Shown here in pieces: positions 51,534 through 64,000 of a stretch of DNA of 64,000 nt; the stretch's first letter is position 1; each line of letters starts with the position of its first letter. The position numbers and the translations under genes are program-made. The stretch lies in the NCBI RefSeq assembly GCF_009914755.1, contig NC_060939.1; one strand, 5' to 3'. The notes beneath the pieces are model-generated. The model was not told the DNA's origin and did not search any database. It saw nothing but the letters and a program-made list of their open reading frames with translations. This stretch comes from the human T2T-CHM13v2.0 reference genome, Homo sapiens.

Positions 51534-52722
51534 CTTGAAATAAAAGAAGACAAATTGAGTACAAACTGATGCATATGTACATAAAAGACTAAAATAAGAA
51601 TAACTCATGTAATTTATTAAAATTTCAGAATTCTATTTCTATGGAAAAACATTCATATTGAATTAATAGAGATACATTCTATGTTTCTACCCCTAAGGAA
51701 ACATTTTACTGTTCCTCCTGGTGATGTCGCTATAAAGAATATATAACATCAATGGCCACAGCACTCAAAATTACTATTAAGATATAGGAATAAAAGAAAG
51801 AAGTTCCTAACTAAAAAGGAAATAAAGGAAGGTAATAGGACCCTTCCCATGTATCTTGAGGGAGAGGGGAAATGAAGAAGCAAGTAATTTATTGGTCTTC
51901 GGGCATGTAAAAAGTCACAAGTGTAGGAAAGTAAGCCTTGGCCAAAAATAAAGTCAATTCTTCAGTCTGGGAGTTAAGTTACATATCTGGATTTCTGAAT
52001 AAAGACAGGAAAAAAAATAGAAAAGCAATTTGGAAGTCTGTAGTTCCTGCCTGGTACTACTTTATGGGATAAGAGATGTTTAAGACAAAAAGTGAAAAAT
52101 GAAAGTTAAATCAGTAACTTTAAGGCTGTGGAATGTTCTATAGTAAAGCTATAAAATCTCACTTTCCTAAAATTAAATATTTCTTCAGAAACAACTTTAT
52201 ATCATGTTGTGTCTTAATCTGGATATTATTAAGGTATTTTGATTTTGTTTGGTCATTTACTTATTAAGGAATCTAAGAATCCAAATTGATTCTAAATCAG
52301 AACACAATGGATTGAGAGCTGATTTGAGTCAAGGTTAAAGCTAAATTAGGGTCATGTCACTAGAGAAGTCTAAAAGAGGATATCAGGAGTCCTCCAGTTA
52401 GTTTGGTACTCAAAGAATGATCCTCAGATGAGCATCATCAGCATCACTTGTGAACTCGTTAGGAATGTGAAATGTCTGGCCTCTTCCCAGACCTTACAAA
52501 GTCAAATATACATTTTAACAAGATTCTCCAGATTATATCAATTTACATTAAGGTTTGGGAGCCCTGCTCTACTATATGAAGTAGTTTTTCTCAGGATGTT
52601 CTCCTTACTGCAAAAATGCAATCAATGGGGAAAAAGTGTATGTTAAAACAAGGTAAGTTCAAATTGAATGTGTAAAAGTTTCTCAATAACCAGGATGATC
52701 AATAACCAGGATAACCAAATGA

Positions 52723-53002
<280 letters not shown>

Positions 53003-55563
53003 TGATCCACCCGCCTCTGCCACCCAAAGTGCTGGGATGACAGGCGTGAGCCATCGTGCCCAGGCTGTGATACTTAAAGAGCTTTAAAAAATGAATGCTG
53101 ATGCATTTACGTTAACTGGGCTAATACTTTTCTTTCAAGTAGTTAAGGAGAACTGTATGTTCTACATTTCATGATTTCATTATTATACATTGTACATGCC
53201 AAACTTATGTAAAAGCAAATATAAAACAGCACTGTTCTATCAGGTGACGTCTCTCTGTTGGGTTCGGAAGTTGGACCAGGGTTAGGAAGTAAAAAGGAGT
53301 GGATAAAGGTAAAAGGGAAAGCCACATTCTGACATATGAATTTACTCCAAGTGAACAACACTTGACATCAGATTATTAAATTAACACATTAAGGTTAACA
53401 CATACGTGGTTCTTGACAAATCAGATTTGTCATATGGTTATTTAAAGCATGAAAAAAGCACATCAACAAACTGCAACCCTAACCAAAACAGCAATGAAAC
53501 TTTAACAATTTATCTCTTACAATCTGCCCTACGTGCCTAATGAGGTACTCTGTATACCACTTTTTTTTAAATGAGCAGAGTGTGGCTATTTACTCTACAT
53601 GAAAAAGATATGGTATATTATACATGTTTTCTTCCTAGTTTCAGAAAGAAAAAGTAAAATATACCTAAATAATAGCTATCTTTAAAATCACATAACTACA
53701 CGTAATATATTACCGTTCTTCCTTGCCAGCCATCTGCCTCCCCACCAAATACATACAGTAAAACTGGTAAGGCAACTACTACCAAGTTTATACTTGTTTC
53801 CTTTAATACATTCAATTCCAATAGTTTTTAGAACACAGTAACTAAATCAATTTATTTAAAAAAACAGCTTTTTGAAAAAAACCATAAAGTTGAAGGCAAC
53901 AATTTAAAACAATTTGTAAGCAATGTTAAGACTAGTAGCATTGGCAAGTTAGGAATTTTAGAAAGGGACTGGGAAATTATTTGGAATTTTATTATTCATC
54001 ATTATTGTAATAATTTCATCATTTTAATTGATCAGCATATTAATATTTATACCTAGAAAAAGTTACCATATTTAACACAAAAGAGAAAAACACATTTTCT
54101 TCTGGCATTTTTTTTTTTTGAGATGGAGCCTTGTTCTGTCATCCAGACTGGAGTGCAGTGACACGATCTTGGCTCAGTGCAACCTCTGCCTCCTGGGTTC
54201 AAGCCATTCTCATGCCTCAGCCTCCCGAGTAGCTGGGATTATAGGCGCCCACCATCACGCCCAGCTAATTTTTGTGCTTTTAGTAGAGACGGGGTTTTAC
54301 CATGTTGGCCAGGCTGGTCTTGAACTCCTGACCTCAAGTTATCCGCCTGCCCCAGCCTCCCAAAGTGCTGGGATTACAGGTGTGAGCCACCATGCCCGGC
54401 CCTTCTTCTGGGATTTTAAAATGGAATAGTAGGGTTAAAATAAATATGCTCAAAATCTTATACAAAAATTGCTCAGATTATTATGGAATAGGGAATATGC
54501 ACAAATAAGTGGAAAACTGAAAGAACTATATCTTGATCTGGTTAATTACAAAGAAAGGAAATCATACGTGGCCCTAATATTATAATGAAAGTCTTATTAG
54601 AAATTTGCCACTGGCACACCTGCCTTAGATATTTCTGCCTGGTTTCACACTGCAACCGTTTCTAAACAGCTAAGTGTTGTCATATAACACTTGGAGAACA
54701 TTTTTACCACTGACTCCCAACCGGAGAATAATATTATATGGCTTTGAGTTAATCTTTAAGGGAATTATTTAATGAGAAGTCCTATACCACCTCTATACCA
54801 CAAAGATAGGATTTTCTGTGCTAAAATTTTACCCTTGTGAGTCATTTGTATAATCTGTGATAAGAGGTCCCAAAATTATTATTAGAGTAACAAGGTTATT
54901 ATAAGAGTAACAAGTGTTTTATGTCTTCGCTCTGCTGGTCTGTGATATGTATAGTCTTACCAAAACATAATCACATTCTTTGAAAACAGATTCAACTACA
55001 AAAATAAAGAGAATATTCCCTGAGGAACAAAATTAATTCATAGCAGGAAAGACTGGAACTGGGTCACTTGCAAAAAGAATGCATTCCTGGTAAGTAAACT
55101 TTTAATAGAAAAATACAGACTATTTTTTGAAAATGTTCTAATTTTTTCATAGGAAAAATATAAATGGGATAGTTGACTCAAGAATGTTATCAGAGAAAAG
55201 AAAGTCAGAGTTTCTCAAAAGCATAGATTAAATTCAGTAACCTGATTTATACCCTTGCCAATACCTATTTAACAATCTGCAATCATCTGCGTGTACATCT
55301 CTAGTACTTTCTGGAGTGACAAAATCTTTTATCTCCCAATCCTTCATTTTTGAGATATCAACTAAGGTGAAAGATTAATGCTGTCTTGCTTTTTAAAAGC
55401 ATAGTTCAAGTTACCTCTTGCTCATTAATTTCCATCAAAGATATTTATTTGAGCTGATTTTCAGCCAGTTTACTCTTTTATCTTGTTTCCAAGCCATCCT
55501 AATGGCCAACAGGGACTCTGTTCACTAATGATAGATCACAGTATTTTATTTTATTTATTTTGA

Positions 55564-55724
<161 letters not shown>

Positions 55725-56877
55725 TAGTAGAGACAGGGTTTCATCATGTTGGCTAGGCTGGTCTTGAACTCTTGGCCTCAGGCGATCTGCCAGCTTCAGG
55801 TGATCTGTCCGCCCCAGCCTCCCAAAGTGCTGGGATTCAGATATGAGCCACTGTGCCTGGCCAGATCACAGTATTTGAGACCTTATCTTTCCATCCTCTA
55901 TTACTATATGCCAGTAAAAGGTGTGAAACTGATCAGATTCTTGATGTCCTGGTAAGGCAAAACAGGCTGTTGCTATATTCTCATATTGTAAGCATTCGAG
56001 TATAATATGCATTTATTCTGGTATTAAACTTATCTCAGTGGTACTTTCCATTTTATTAAGTGTCCAAAATTAGCAGTTATTTTTTCAAAATAATTCTGGA
56101 AAAGTGGGTACATCTTTCTATGGTAAATGAACAGGTAGCATATGTAATAACTGGGCAGGTTTGTGAAGGGGGCCTCTTCTTTCGATAATAACCTATGCTG
56201 GGCATCTTCATGCTTATGACCCACAGATGTGAACGTTGTTGGGAAAAGAAAACTTTGAATAAATAAGCAGTCACCACTCTGCTTTTTCTATCAAAGTGTC
56301 AAACACTAATCAAGCTCTTGACTAAAATCTTCACCCTTAGAATGGAGTAAGCTTTCCTTGAAGAAACTGGGCCAGTAATGAGTAGGCCACATATAGGTTC
56401 CTAAAAGTAGCTTCCTTTCCTCTCTGTTGTTTCTCAATTGTATAGATGTCCCTTTTTACAGCTTTTATTAATGACAAAAGTCATTGTTACTAATGTCCTT
56501 GAAAACCTAGAAGGTTGTGGAGAGGGGTGTTAGGAGAGGAAGCAGTTGGGCCAGATAGTAAGTTAGGAAATTCAAGCAGCAAGACTAGGCTATAATGTTC
56601 AATGCCTACAGTAATCTGCATTTCTCAAAAGTAACACCTAAAATGAAAACCCAGATTTGACTCCATATTTGATACCATCACTGTCAACTTTTTACAGACC
56701 TGCATGGCTAGCTACTTATCTCTCTTTGTCTTTTGGAAGAGGGCTGATACTAATCATATACTAGTACTCAGTATTGTTTTTGCAAATGAATGCTTATATT
56801 ATCCACAAGCCATTGGAATAAAAAAATTGGAAAGGTGAAATCATAAGATTGATCTTAAGGCTCAACACTATAACTCA

Positions 56878-57095
56878 GAGGTGTCCAATCTTTTGGCTTC
56901 CCTGGGCCACACTGGTAGAAGAATTGTCTTGGGCCACACATAAAATATACTAACACTAACAATAGCTGATGAGCTAAAAAACAAAAATCACACAAAAAAA
57001 TCTCATAATGTTTTAAGAATGTTTACAAATTTGTGTTGGGTTACATTCAAAGCCTTCCTGGGTTGCATGTGGGCTGTAGGCCGGACAAGCTTGCT
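56878..57095 (+). mobile_element. MER30
   Basis: GGTGTCCAATCTTTTGGCTTCCCTGGGCCACA...GGACAAGCTTG. Confidence 0.88.
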
Positions 57096-57179
57096 GTAAC
57101 TCCTCTTAGTTATTTCACTCTCCATTAAGACATTAGCGTGAGTCTGAAGTAGCTAGTATCCTAAAGAACTCTAGGATTA

Positions 57180-57470
57180 GGCCAGTTGTGGTGGCTCATG
57201 CCTGTAATCCCAACACTTGGAAGGCCAAAGTGGGAGGTCTGCTTGAGGCCAGGAGTTCAAGACCAGCCTGGGCAATATAGGGAGGCCCTGCCTCTACAAA
57301 ACATAAAAATTAGCTAGGCATGGTGGCGCATATCTGTAGACCCAGCTATTTAGGAGCTCCAAGGCAAGAGGATGGTTTGAGGCCAGAAGTTTGAGGCTAC
57401 AGTGGGCTATGACTGCACCACTGCATTCCAGCCTAGGCAAGAGAGTGAGATGCTGTCAAAAAAAAAAAAG
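57180..57470 (+). mobile_element. AluJ
   Basis: Diverged Alu, TSD AAAGAAC(T/C)CTAGGATTA. Confidence 0.9.
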
Positions 57471-57891
57471 AACCCTAGGATTAGAAAAAAATAGGCCCAA
57501 AGACAAACCAAACCGAAAAGGGAGTAAAAGGGCCATACAGAAGCCTTATGTCACCAAAGCCTTGTAGGACTAGAGGACACAGTGCACACTAAGCATTTGA
57601 GAATGTGTGTGAACTCAGCAAGATGGAATTACAGTGTCACTAATCAATTTTTATCATTTTTTCAAGACAAAGAGAAATAAGTACATTTTTAGTACCATCC
57701 TTAAATGCAAAAGAGGTTATCTGTTGTTTGAACTAGCTTAGAAAGAAGTTGTGAGGTAATATTTTGGCATATTAGTTTGTATTCAGCTGTTAGGAAATGA
57801 TTTATATTTTCAAGTACTGCATCAAAGCACTTAAATTTGTCATTAAGTTGGTTGATTTGGCAGGAAAACATACAATATAAAAAATACTTGC

Positions 57892-58050
57892 CATATAAGG
57901 AGAGGGAGCATTGTCATCTGAAACACTGTAGAATGACACTTCAACTGGAAGAGTCAAATGTGTGGGGCAGAAAGCACCACTTGCCCCTACCTCGGCAGTA
58001 AAACCATCAACAATGCCGAGAGGATCGAAACGATAGTTCAAGACAGATTC
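57892..58050 (-). CDS. ATOSA: ATOSA/FAM214A exon (ESVLNYRFDPLG...DDNAPSPYM), DUF4210 region
   Basis: 159 nt, phase 0/0; acceptor TCTTCCAG|GAA; non-canonical donor ATG|GCAAGT; joins in frame to the next exon. Confidence 0.93.
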
Positions 58051-58929
58051 CTGGAAGACAAAATAATTTTAAAAACTCAATTAAAAAAGCTAACACATTC
58101 ATTTTTTTTCTATTTAAAGAAATATACACTTAGTCTAAAGGCAGAGAAGTGATTAAAAGAAATATATTACTATGCTTTCTAGCACTAGAACAGTGGTTGT
58201 TACCATTGCCATGTCCTTATTTCTGCTTTTCATCTGACTTGAAGTCAACTGCATCTCCCATCAGTCTTCTACCATCCTACAACAGTTTGGTCTTCTCTCA
58301 CTATTCCAACTCACACTGAACTCTCCTGCAACTTCAGCATTAGTTAGGCCTAATTGTTTACTATGTTGTTTTTATATCTGTAAATTTAAAAATATGCTCT
58401 ATCAGAGCAGGTATTTATCCCTCACAGTGCCTATTCATGGTGCTAGACACAGAGAAACACCTGAAAACCTAACAGGTTATATATGGAAGTTCCATCAAAA
58501 GATGAAGTCAAGCACTTATAATTCTAACCGAGAAATAATTGCTTCTCTTATAAATACTGTAGTATGTGATATGTTTTAGTTTAAAACATAAAAATGTGCA
58601 TTTATAAAAAGTTTAAAAGTACAGAAATAGTACAGAAGCTCCTTATCCATCCCTCCCCCAAGGTCACTCACTGAGATAACTACTTTTAAAATTTAGTGGT
58701 TATTTTCCCACTTATGAGAAACATTTAAAACTTTTCACAAGCTTTATTTTATATAAATATATCAACACATATATGTATACATCATGAAATGTGAGTAGCA
58801 TTCCTTTGATTAATTCTTTGAAAAGAAATGCTACAAAGCCTCATGATTCTAAAAGTTTGTGTAGTCTAAATGTGAAACAGTGACATATCAGCAATTCTAA
58901 TCTCCTGATCAAAAAGATAAAGCCAAAAG

Positions 58930-59680
58930 ACCTGGGTCACAATCAACCTTCTATATCTCCTTTTTGCCCTCTAATCAATCCAATCCATATCCTGTTGATT
59001 TTACCTCTCAGTCTCAGGGCCTCATTTCCATCCCCACTACTACCACTATCCTAGTGACCTAGGTGATCCTCATAACCTCTCCTCTGAATAAATGCTACAT
59101 CTTCTAATTAGTCTTTCCATCTGTAGTGTATCCTCTGTACTACTGCCAGAGTTCTTTTTCTTTTTTTGAAAAAAGCCTTATAGTATCACCTACCACTTAA
59201 AAACTTTGTTTCCTGCTGTCTATAGGATGAGGTCAACATTCATAGCACAGCACTTAAGCTCCACCATGCCTCTCATTTCATCTCTCCCAACATATACAGA
59301 GTCCCATGCTCTAGCTCCAGTTGATCCTTTCCAACATTGCCATGCTCTTTTACGTTTGCACATGAAGTTCCCTTTGTCTAGAATCTCTGATTCCTGAACA
59401 AATTTACCTGGCAAATTCCTTCTCATCTTTTGTGACCAAGCTCAAATGACAGCTCCTCAGTAAAGCTTTCCTCAATCCTTTTAGCAGAGATAGTAGATAC
59501 ACAAGTACTAGGCAACTTCTATTACAATGCTAATTACTTGAGTTTATAAATTATTTACTCACCTGGGTAAATTATATGCCCACCTTCTCCAGTAGACAAT
59601 AAACGTCTCTAAGGCAGGAACTTTATCATTTAAACTTTGTATTCCTAGCACATAGTAAGTACTCAACAAATGTTTCCCAA
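58930..59680 (+). mobile_element. L2 fragment
   Basis: 3' end CCTAGCACATAGTAAGTACTCAACAAATGTTT typical of L2. Confidence 0.65.
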
Positions 59681-59829
59681 ATAAAAAGTCTATTCTGAAG
59701 GTGCAAAAAATTTTCATAGGAGAGGTACATACAAAAATGTTTATGGATTAAGGCAAATGACCAATATTAGTTGCTGACTTTATCTGAGATATTTTAGATT
59801 TTTGTAAATTTAATATACAAGCATATATG

Positions 59830-61880
59830 CTAGGCCCCACTCAGTGCAGTATGACAAGAAAAAAAAAAAAGGCACGAAAATAAAAAAGCCAAAACTATCC
59901 CTATTTATAGATGACAAGACTGTCTATGTAGAAAAATCCCAAGGATTATTTTTTAAAATCTACTGAAATTAGTGAGTGAGTTGAGCAAGATCACTGGCGA
60001 TTTTTTGTAGATAACACACACACACATACATTCATTTAAAAATACTAGCAATGAACAATTGACAATTAATTTTTAAGTTACAATATCCCAGAAAACATGA
60101 AATACTTAGGTATACATCTACAAAAAGATATCAAAAATCTGGGCTAGGCGTGGTGGCTTACACTTGTAATCCCAGCAGTTTGGGAGACTGAGGTGAGTAG
60201 ACTGCTTGAGGCCAGGAGTTTACGAAAAGCCTGTGCAAACACAGCAGGGCCCTATTTCTACAAAAATTTTTTAAAAAATTAGCTGGGTGTGGTGGTACAA
60301 GCGTAGAGTCCTAGCTACTTGGGAGGCTGAGGTGGGATGAATGCTTCAACCCAGGAGATCCAGGCTGCAGTGAGGTATGATCACGCAGCTACACTCCAGC
60401 CTGGGTGACAGAGAAAAGTCCCTACCCCTATTAAAAATAAAAAAGATGTCCAAGATATGCATGCTAAAAACTATAAAACACTGATGAAACAAATAAAAGA
60501 ATATATAAATAAATGAATTTCAGGGATTGAAAGACTTTATATTTTTAAGATGTCAATTTTCCTCCAATCGACCTGTATTAATGTAGGCCAAACAAAATCT
60601 CAGCAGGCTATTTTGTGGAAATAGACAAGATGATTCTAAAATTTATATGAAAAGATAAAGGAGCTAGAATAGTTTAAGCAATTCTGAGAAAGAACAATAA
60701 AGTTAGGACTCACATTACCTGATTTCAAGACTAGAAAATTGAACATCCATATGCGTAAAAGGGAACCTTGATCGCACACCTCCTATCATGTAAAAATTAA
60801 CTCAAAATAGATCACAGATCTAAACGTATGAGCTAATACAAACTTTCAGAAGAAAACAGAAAAAAAGCTTTGTGACCTTGGGTTGGGCCAGTGGTTCTCA
60901 CCCAGGGGATATATGGTAATATATGAAGACATTTTTGGTTGCTAGAACTAGGCATGGGGGTACTATTGGAATCAAGTGGGTAGAGGCCAGAGATTCTGCT
61001 AAACATCCCACAATGCACAAACAGCCCTTCAGAAGAATTATCTAACTCAAATATCAACAGTATTAGTGTAAAGAAGCCTTGGGCTAGGCAATGTTTTTTT
61101 AGATTCAACATCAAAAGTAAGATTCATAAAGAAAATTCGACATCAAAAAACTTAAAATCTTTTACTCTTGTAAAGACACTATCACAAAAATGTACAGCCA
61201 AACTTCAGACTTGGAAAAAATATTTGGAAAACATATATGCTTATTTGGCAAGTAAGTGCAGGAAAAGAGGATCAACATCAATAGTCATCAGGGAAATACA
61301 AATTAAAACCACAATAATTAAGATGAAAATGACTGATCAGTGCAAACAATGGCAAGGATGTGGAAGAACTAGAACTCTCATACGATGCTGATGCAAATTA
61401 AAATGGTATAATCACTTTGGAAAATAGCTTGGCAGTTTCTTAACAGTTAAACTATTCTATTTTATTCTGTTCTGTTCTGTTCTGTTCTATTCTATTCTAT
61501 TTTATTCTATTCTATTCTATTCTCTATTCTATTCTGTTCTATTCTAATGTAGTTACCCAAGTGAAATGAAAATTTATGTCCACATAAAAATTCATACACA
61601 AATGTTTATAGCAGCTTTATTTTTAATAACCCCGAAGTGGTGACAACCCAAATGTCTAAAATCAGGTGAATGAATAAACAAACTGTGGTCTATCCATACA
61701 ACAGTAATAAAAACGAATGAACTCTTGATATGCAGGACAACATGGATTATCTTAAAAACAATGACACTCACTTAAATAAATCCCCAAGCCACCCCCTAAG
61801 AGTAAATACTGTGTGACTACATTTATATAAAATTATAGAATATACAAGCTATTTTACAGTGACAGAAAGCACTAAGATTC
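59830..61880 (+). mobile_element. L1MB/MC-like ORF2/3' fragment containing AluJ (60142-60445), MER20 (~60889-61081) and (TTCTA/TTCTG)n 61453-61545
   Basis: L1 ORF2-like text; MER20 CAGTGGTTCTCA...AAGAAGCCTT flanked by ~8-bp duplicated GG(T/C)T(G/A)GGC. Confidence 0.8.
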
Positions 61881-62007
61881 CCTCATATAGGAAAAATAAC
61901 TCATTTCCAATGGTTGTATTATGCTGGACTGAACTGAATGAAGAAAATCACAGGACAGATGAATTGAATGGATGATGACAAGGTTTTGCAGTAGAAAACT
62001 CTAAATC

Positions 62008-62592
<585 letters not shown>

Positions 62593-63011
62593 TCTAAATG
62601 GTGGCAAGAAAAGGTGACTATTAGCTATTAGACTATTTGGGTGTTATTCTGTGTCCATGTGTTTCCAGACTCCACCTAATGCCCCACAAATAATGTCTAA
62701 GGATCATGATTTCCCCCAACAACATTACAGGGATAAGACTTTGCCCTGTTTTCATTAAACAAGTCTAATGTGTCATTTTAGTGACTCAAGTCTAACCCCA
62801 TCTTTTATTGCACAGAATGTCAAATTCACTAAGCAGAGGAAATATCTTCTGTAATTTACTGAAGAAAACATCAAATTCATTATAAATAAGACCTATGGGT
62901 TGGATAGTCTCAGAACATCTCTATTTCTTAAGTCACTTGGAAAATGTATGTATATCTGCACAAATAGAATCGTCTGAAAAAAACTGTGTACTGATCTTTA
63001 ACTATCTTCCC

Positions 63012-63403
63012 TGACATATTGTCCCCTTCAAATCTCATGTTGAAATGTAATCCCCAAAGTTGAAGGTGGGGCCTGGTAGGAGGTATTTCGGTCATGGAGG
63101 TGGATCTTTCACAAATAGCTTGGTTCTGTCCTTGCAACAGTAGGTTCTTACGAGATCCGGTTGTTTAAAAGCATATGGCACCTCCCTCCTTGCTCTCTTG
63201 TTCCTGCTCTCACCATATGATGTGCCTGCTCCCACTTTGCCTACCACTATAAGTAAAAGCTCCCTGAGGCCTCATCAGAAGCAGATGCCAGCACCATGCT
63301 TCATGTAAAGCCTGCAGAACTGTGAGCCAATTAAACCTCTTTTCTTTATAAATTATCCAGCCTCTGGCCTTTCTTTATAGCAATGCAAAAACAGTCTAAT
63401 ACA
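63012..63403 (+). mobile_element. MST-type (MaLR) solo LTR
   Basis: TG...CTAATACA ends, 5-bp TSD TTCCC (63007-63011, 63404-63408). Confidence 0.9.
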
Positions 63404-64000
63404 TTCCCTTTTCCAAAGTTTTGACATATCAGACTGCTCTCTTTTTCACTTATACATTTTTTGTAGTACATGTCTCAAAAGGAGCAAGAAAAATAATTTC
63501 TTGTAGTACAAAGGTTGCTGAGCCACCCGACCCTAACAATGGCCTATGCAATTTTAATTTGATGACAAAGAGGAATAGAGAGCTTGACATCTCTGAACTG
63601 ATACCTTGGAATTGACATGGAAAAGACTTACCATGAAATATCTTTTCATTTCCACTAAGACTGTGAAAGATAGCTTCACTATTAAAATAGTTATAAAGCA
63701 AATGGTTAATATATCAAAACACAACTCCTGTAAAACTATTTATCTTAAAAATATAAAATTTTAATTATTTTCTCCTAAAAAACTCACCAGTTAAAATCAC
63801 TTTAAAAATGTCATTTACAAGTTCGTGTTTAAGGTTAAGCTGATTTCTAATTACAGACAATTGAAACCCATGATTTCTACTTGACCCCAAGTAGAAATAT
63901 TGTGAGTAAACATATCAGAAATCTTTATTTGAATTTTTAAAAAATAACCTTGTTACTTTAGAATAGCTGCAGATTTACAAAAAAGTTGCAAATAAAGTAC

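Noticed and set aside
61453-61545. Short direct repeats and microsatellites ((TTCTA)n; also 1605-1646, 27688-27720, 29382-29430, 52683-52715) as CRISPR-like or functional arrays
   Set aside because: Ordinary slippage duplications without spacers; mammalian context

Overview
Human (primate) genomic DNA, Alu-dense, recognisable as the 15q21 ARPP19-ATOSA(FAM214A) locus. The minus strand carries the complete ARPP19 gene. Its CpG-island promoter lies at ~32.6-33.7 kb, and coding exons 33148-33192, 21401-21523 and 16234-16404 give the 112-aa protein with the FDSGDY Greatwall site and RKPS PKA site. A ~4.9-kb 3'UTR ends near 11345. About 12 kb upstream in tandem lie the last four coding exons and 3'UTR of ATOSA (57892-58050, 51465-51533, 49059-49258, 46468-46621). 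The rest is mainly transposon-derived: more than 40 Alus, a THE1/MST provirus and solo LTRs, a full-length but interrupted Tigger1, L1/L2/MIR fragments and MER44A/MER30/MER20/MER5A/MER3. Almost all ORFs in the supplied track are repeat artefacts. I see no evidence for a wholly new biological system. The best leads are RNA-processing inferences: a frame-preserving ATOSA-to-ARPP19 read-through splice, a GC-AG intron, an in-frame 57-nt ARPP19 cassette exon, in-frame CUG codons upstream of the ARPP19 ATG, and candidate poison exons. Repeat subfamily names and boundaries are by eye and approximate.
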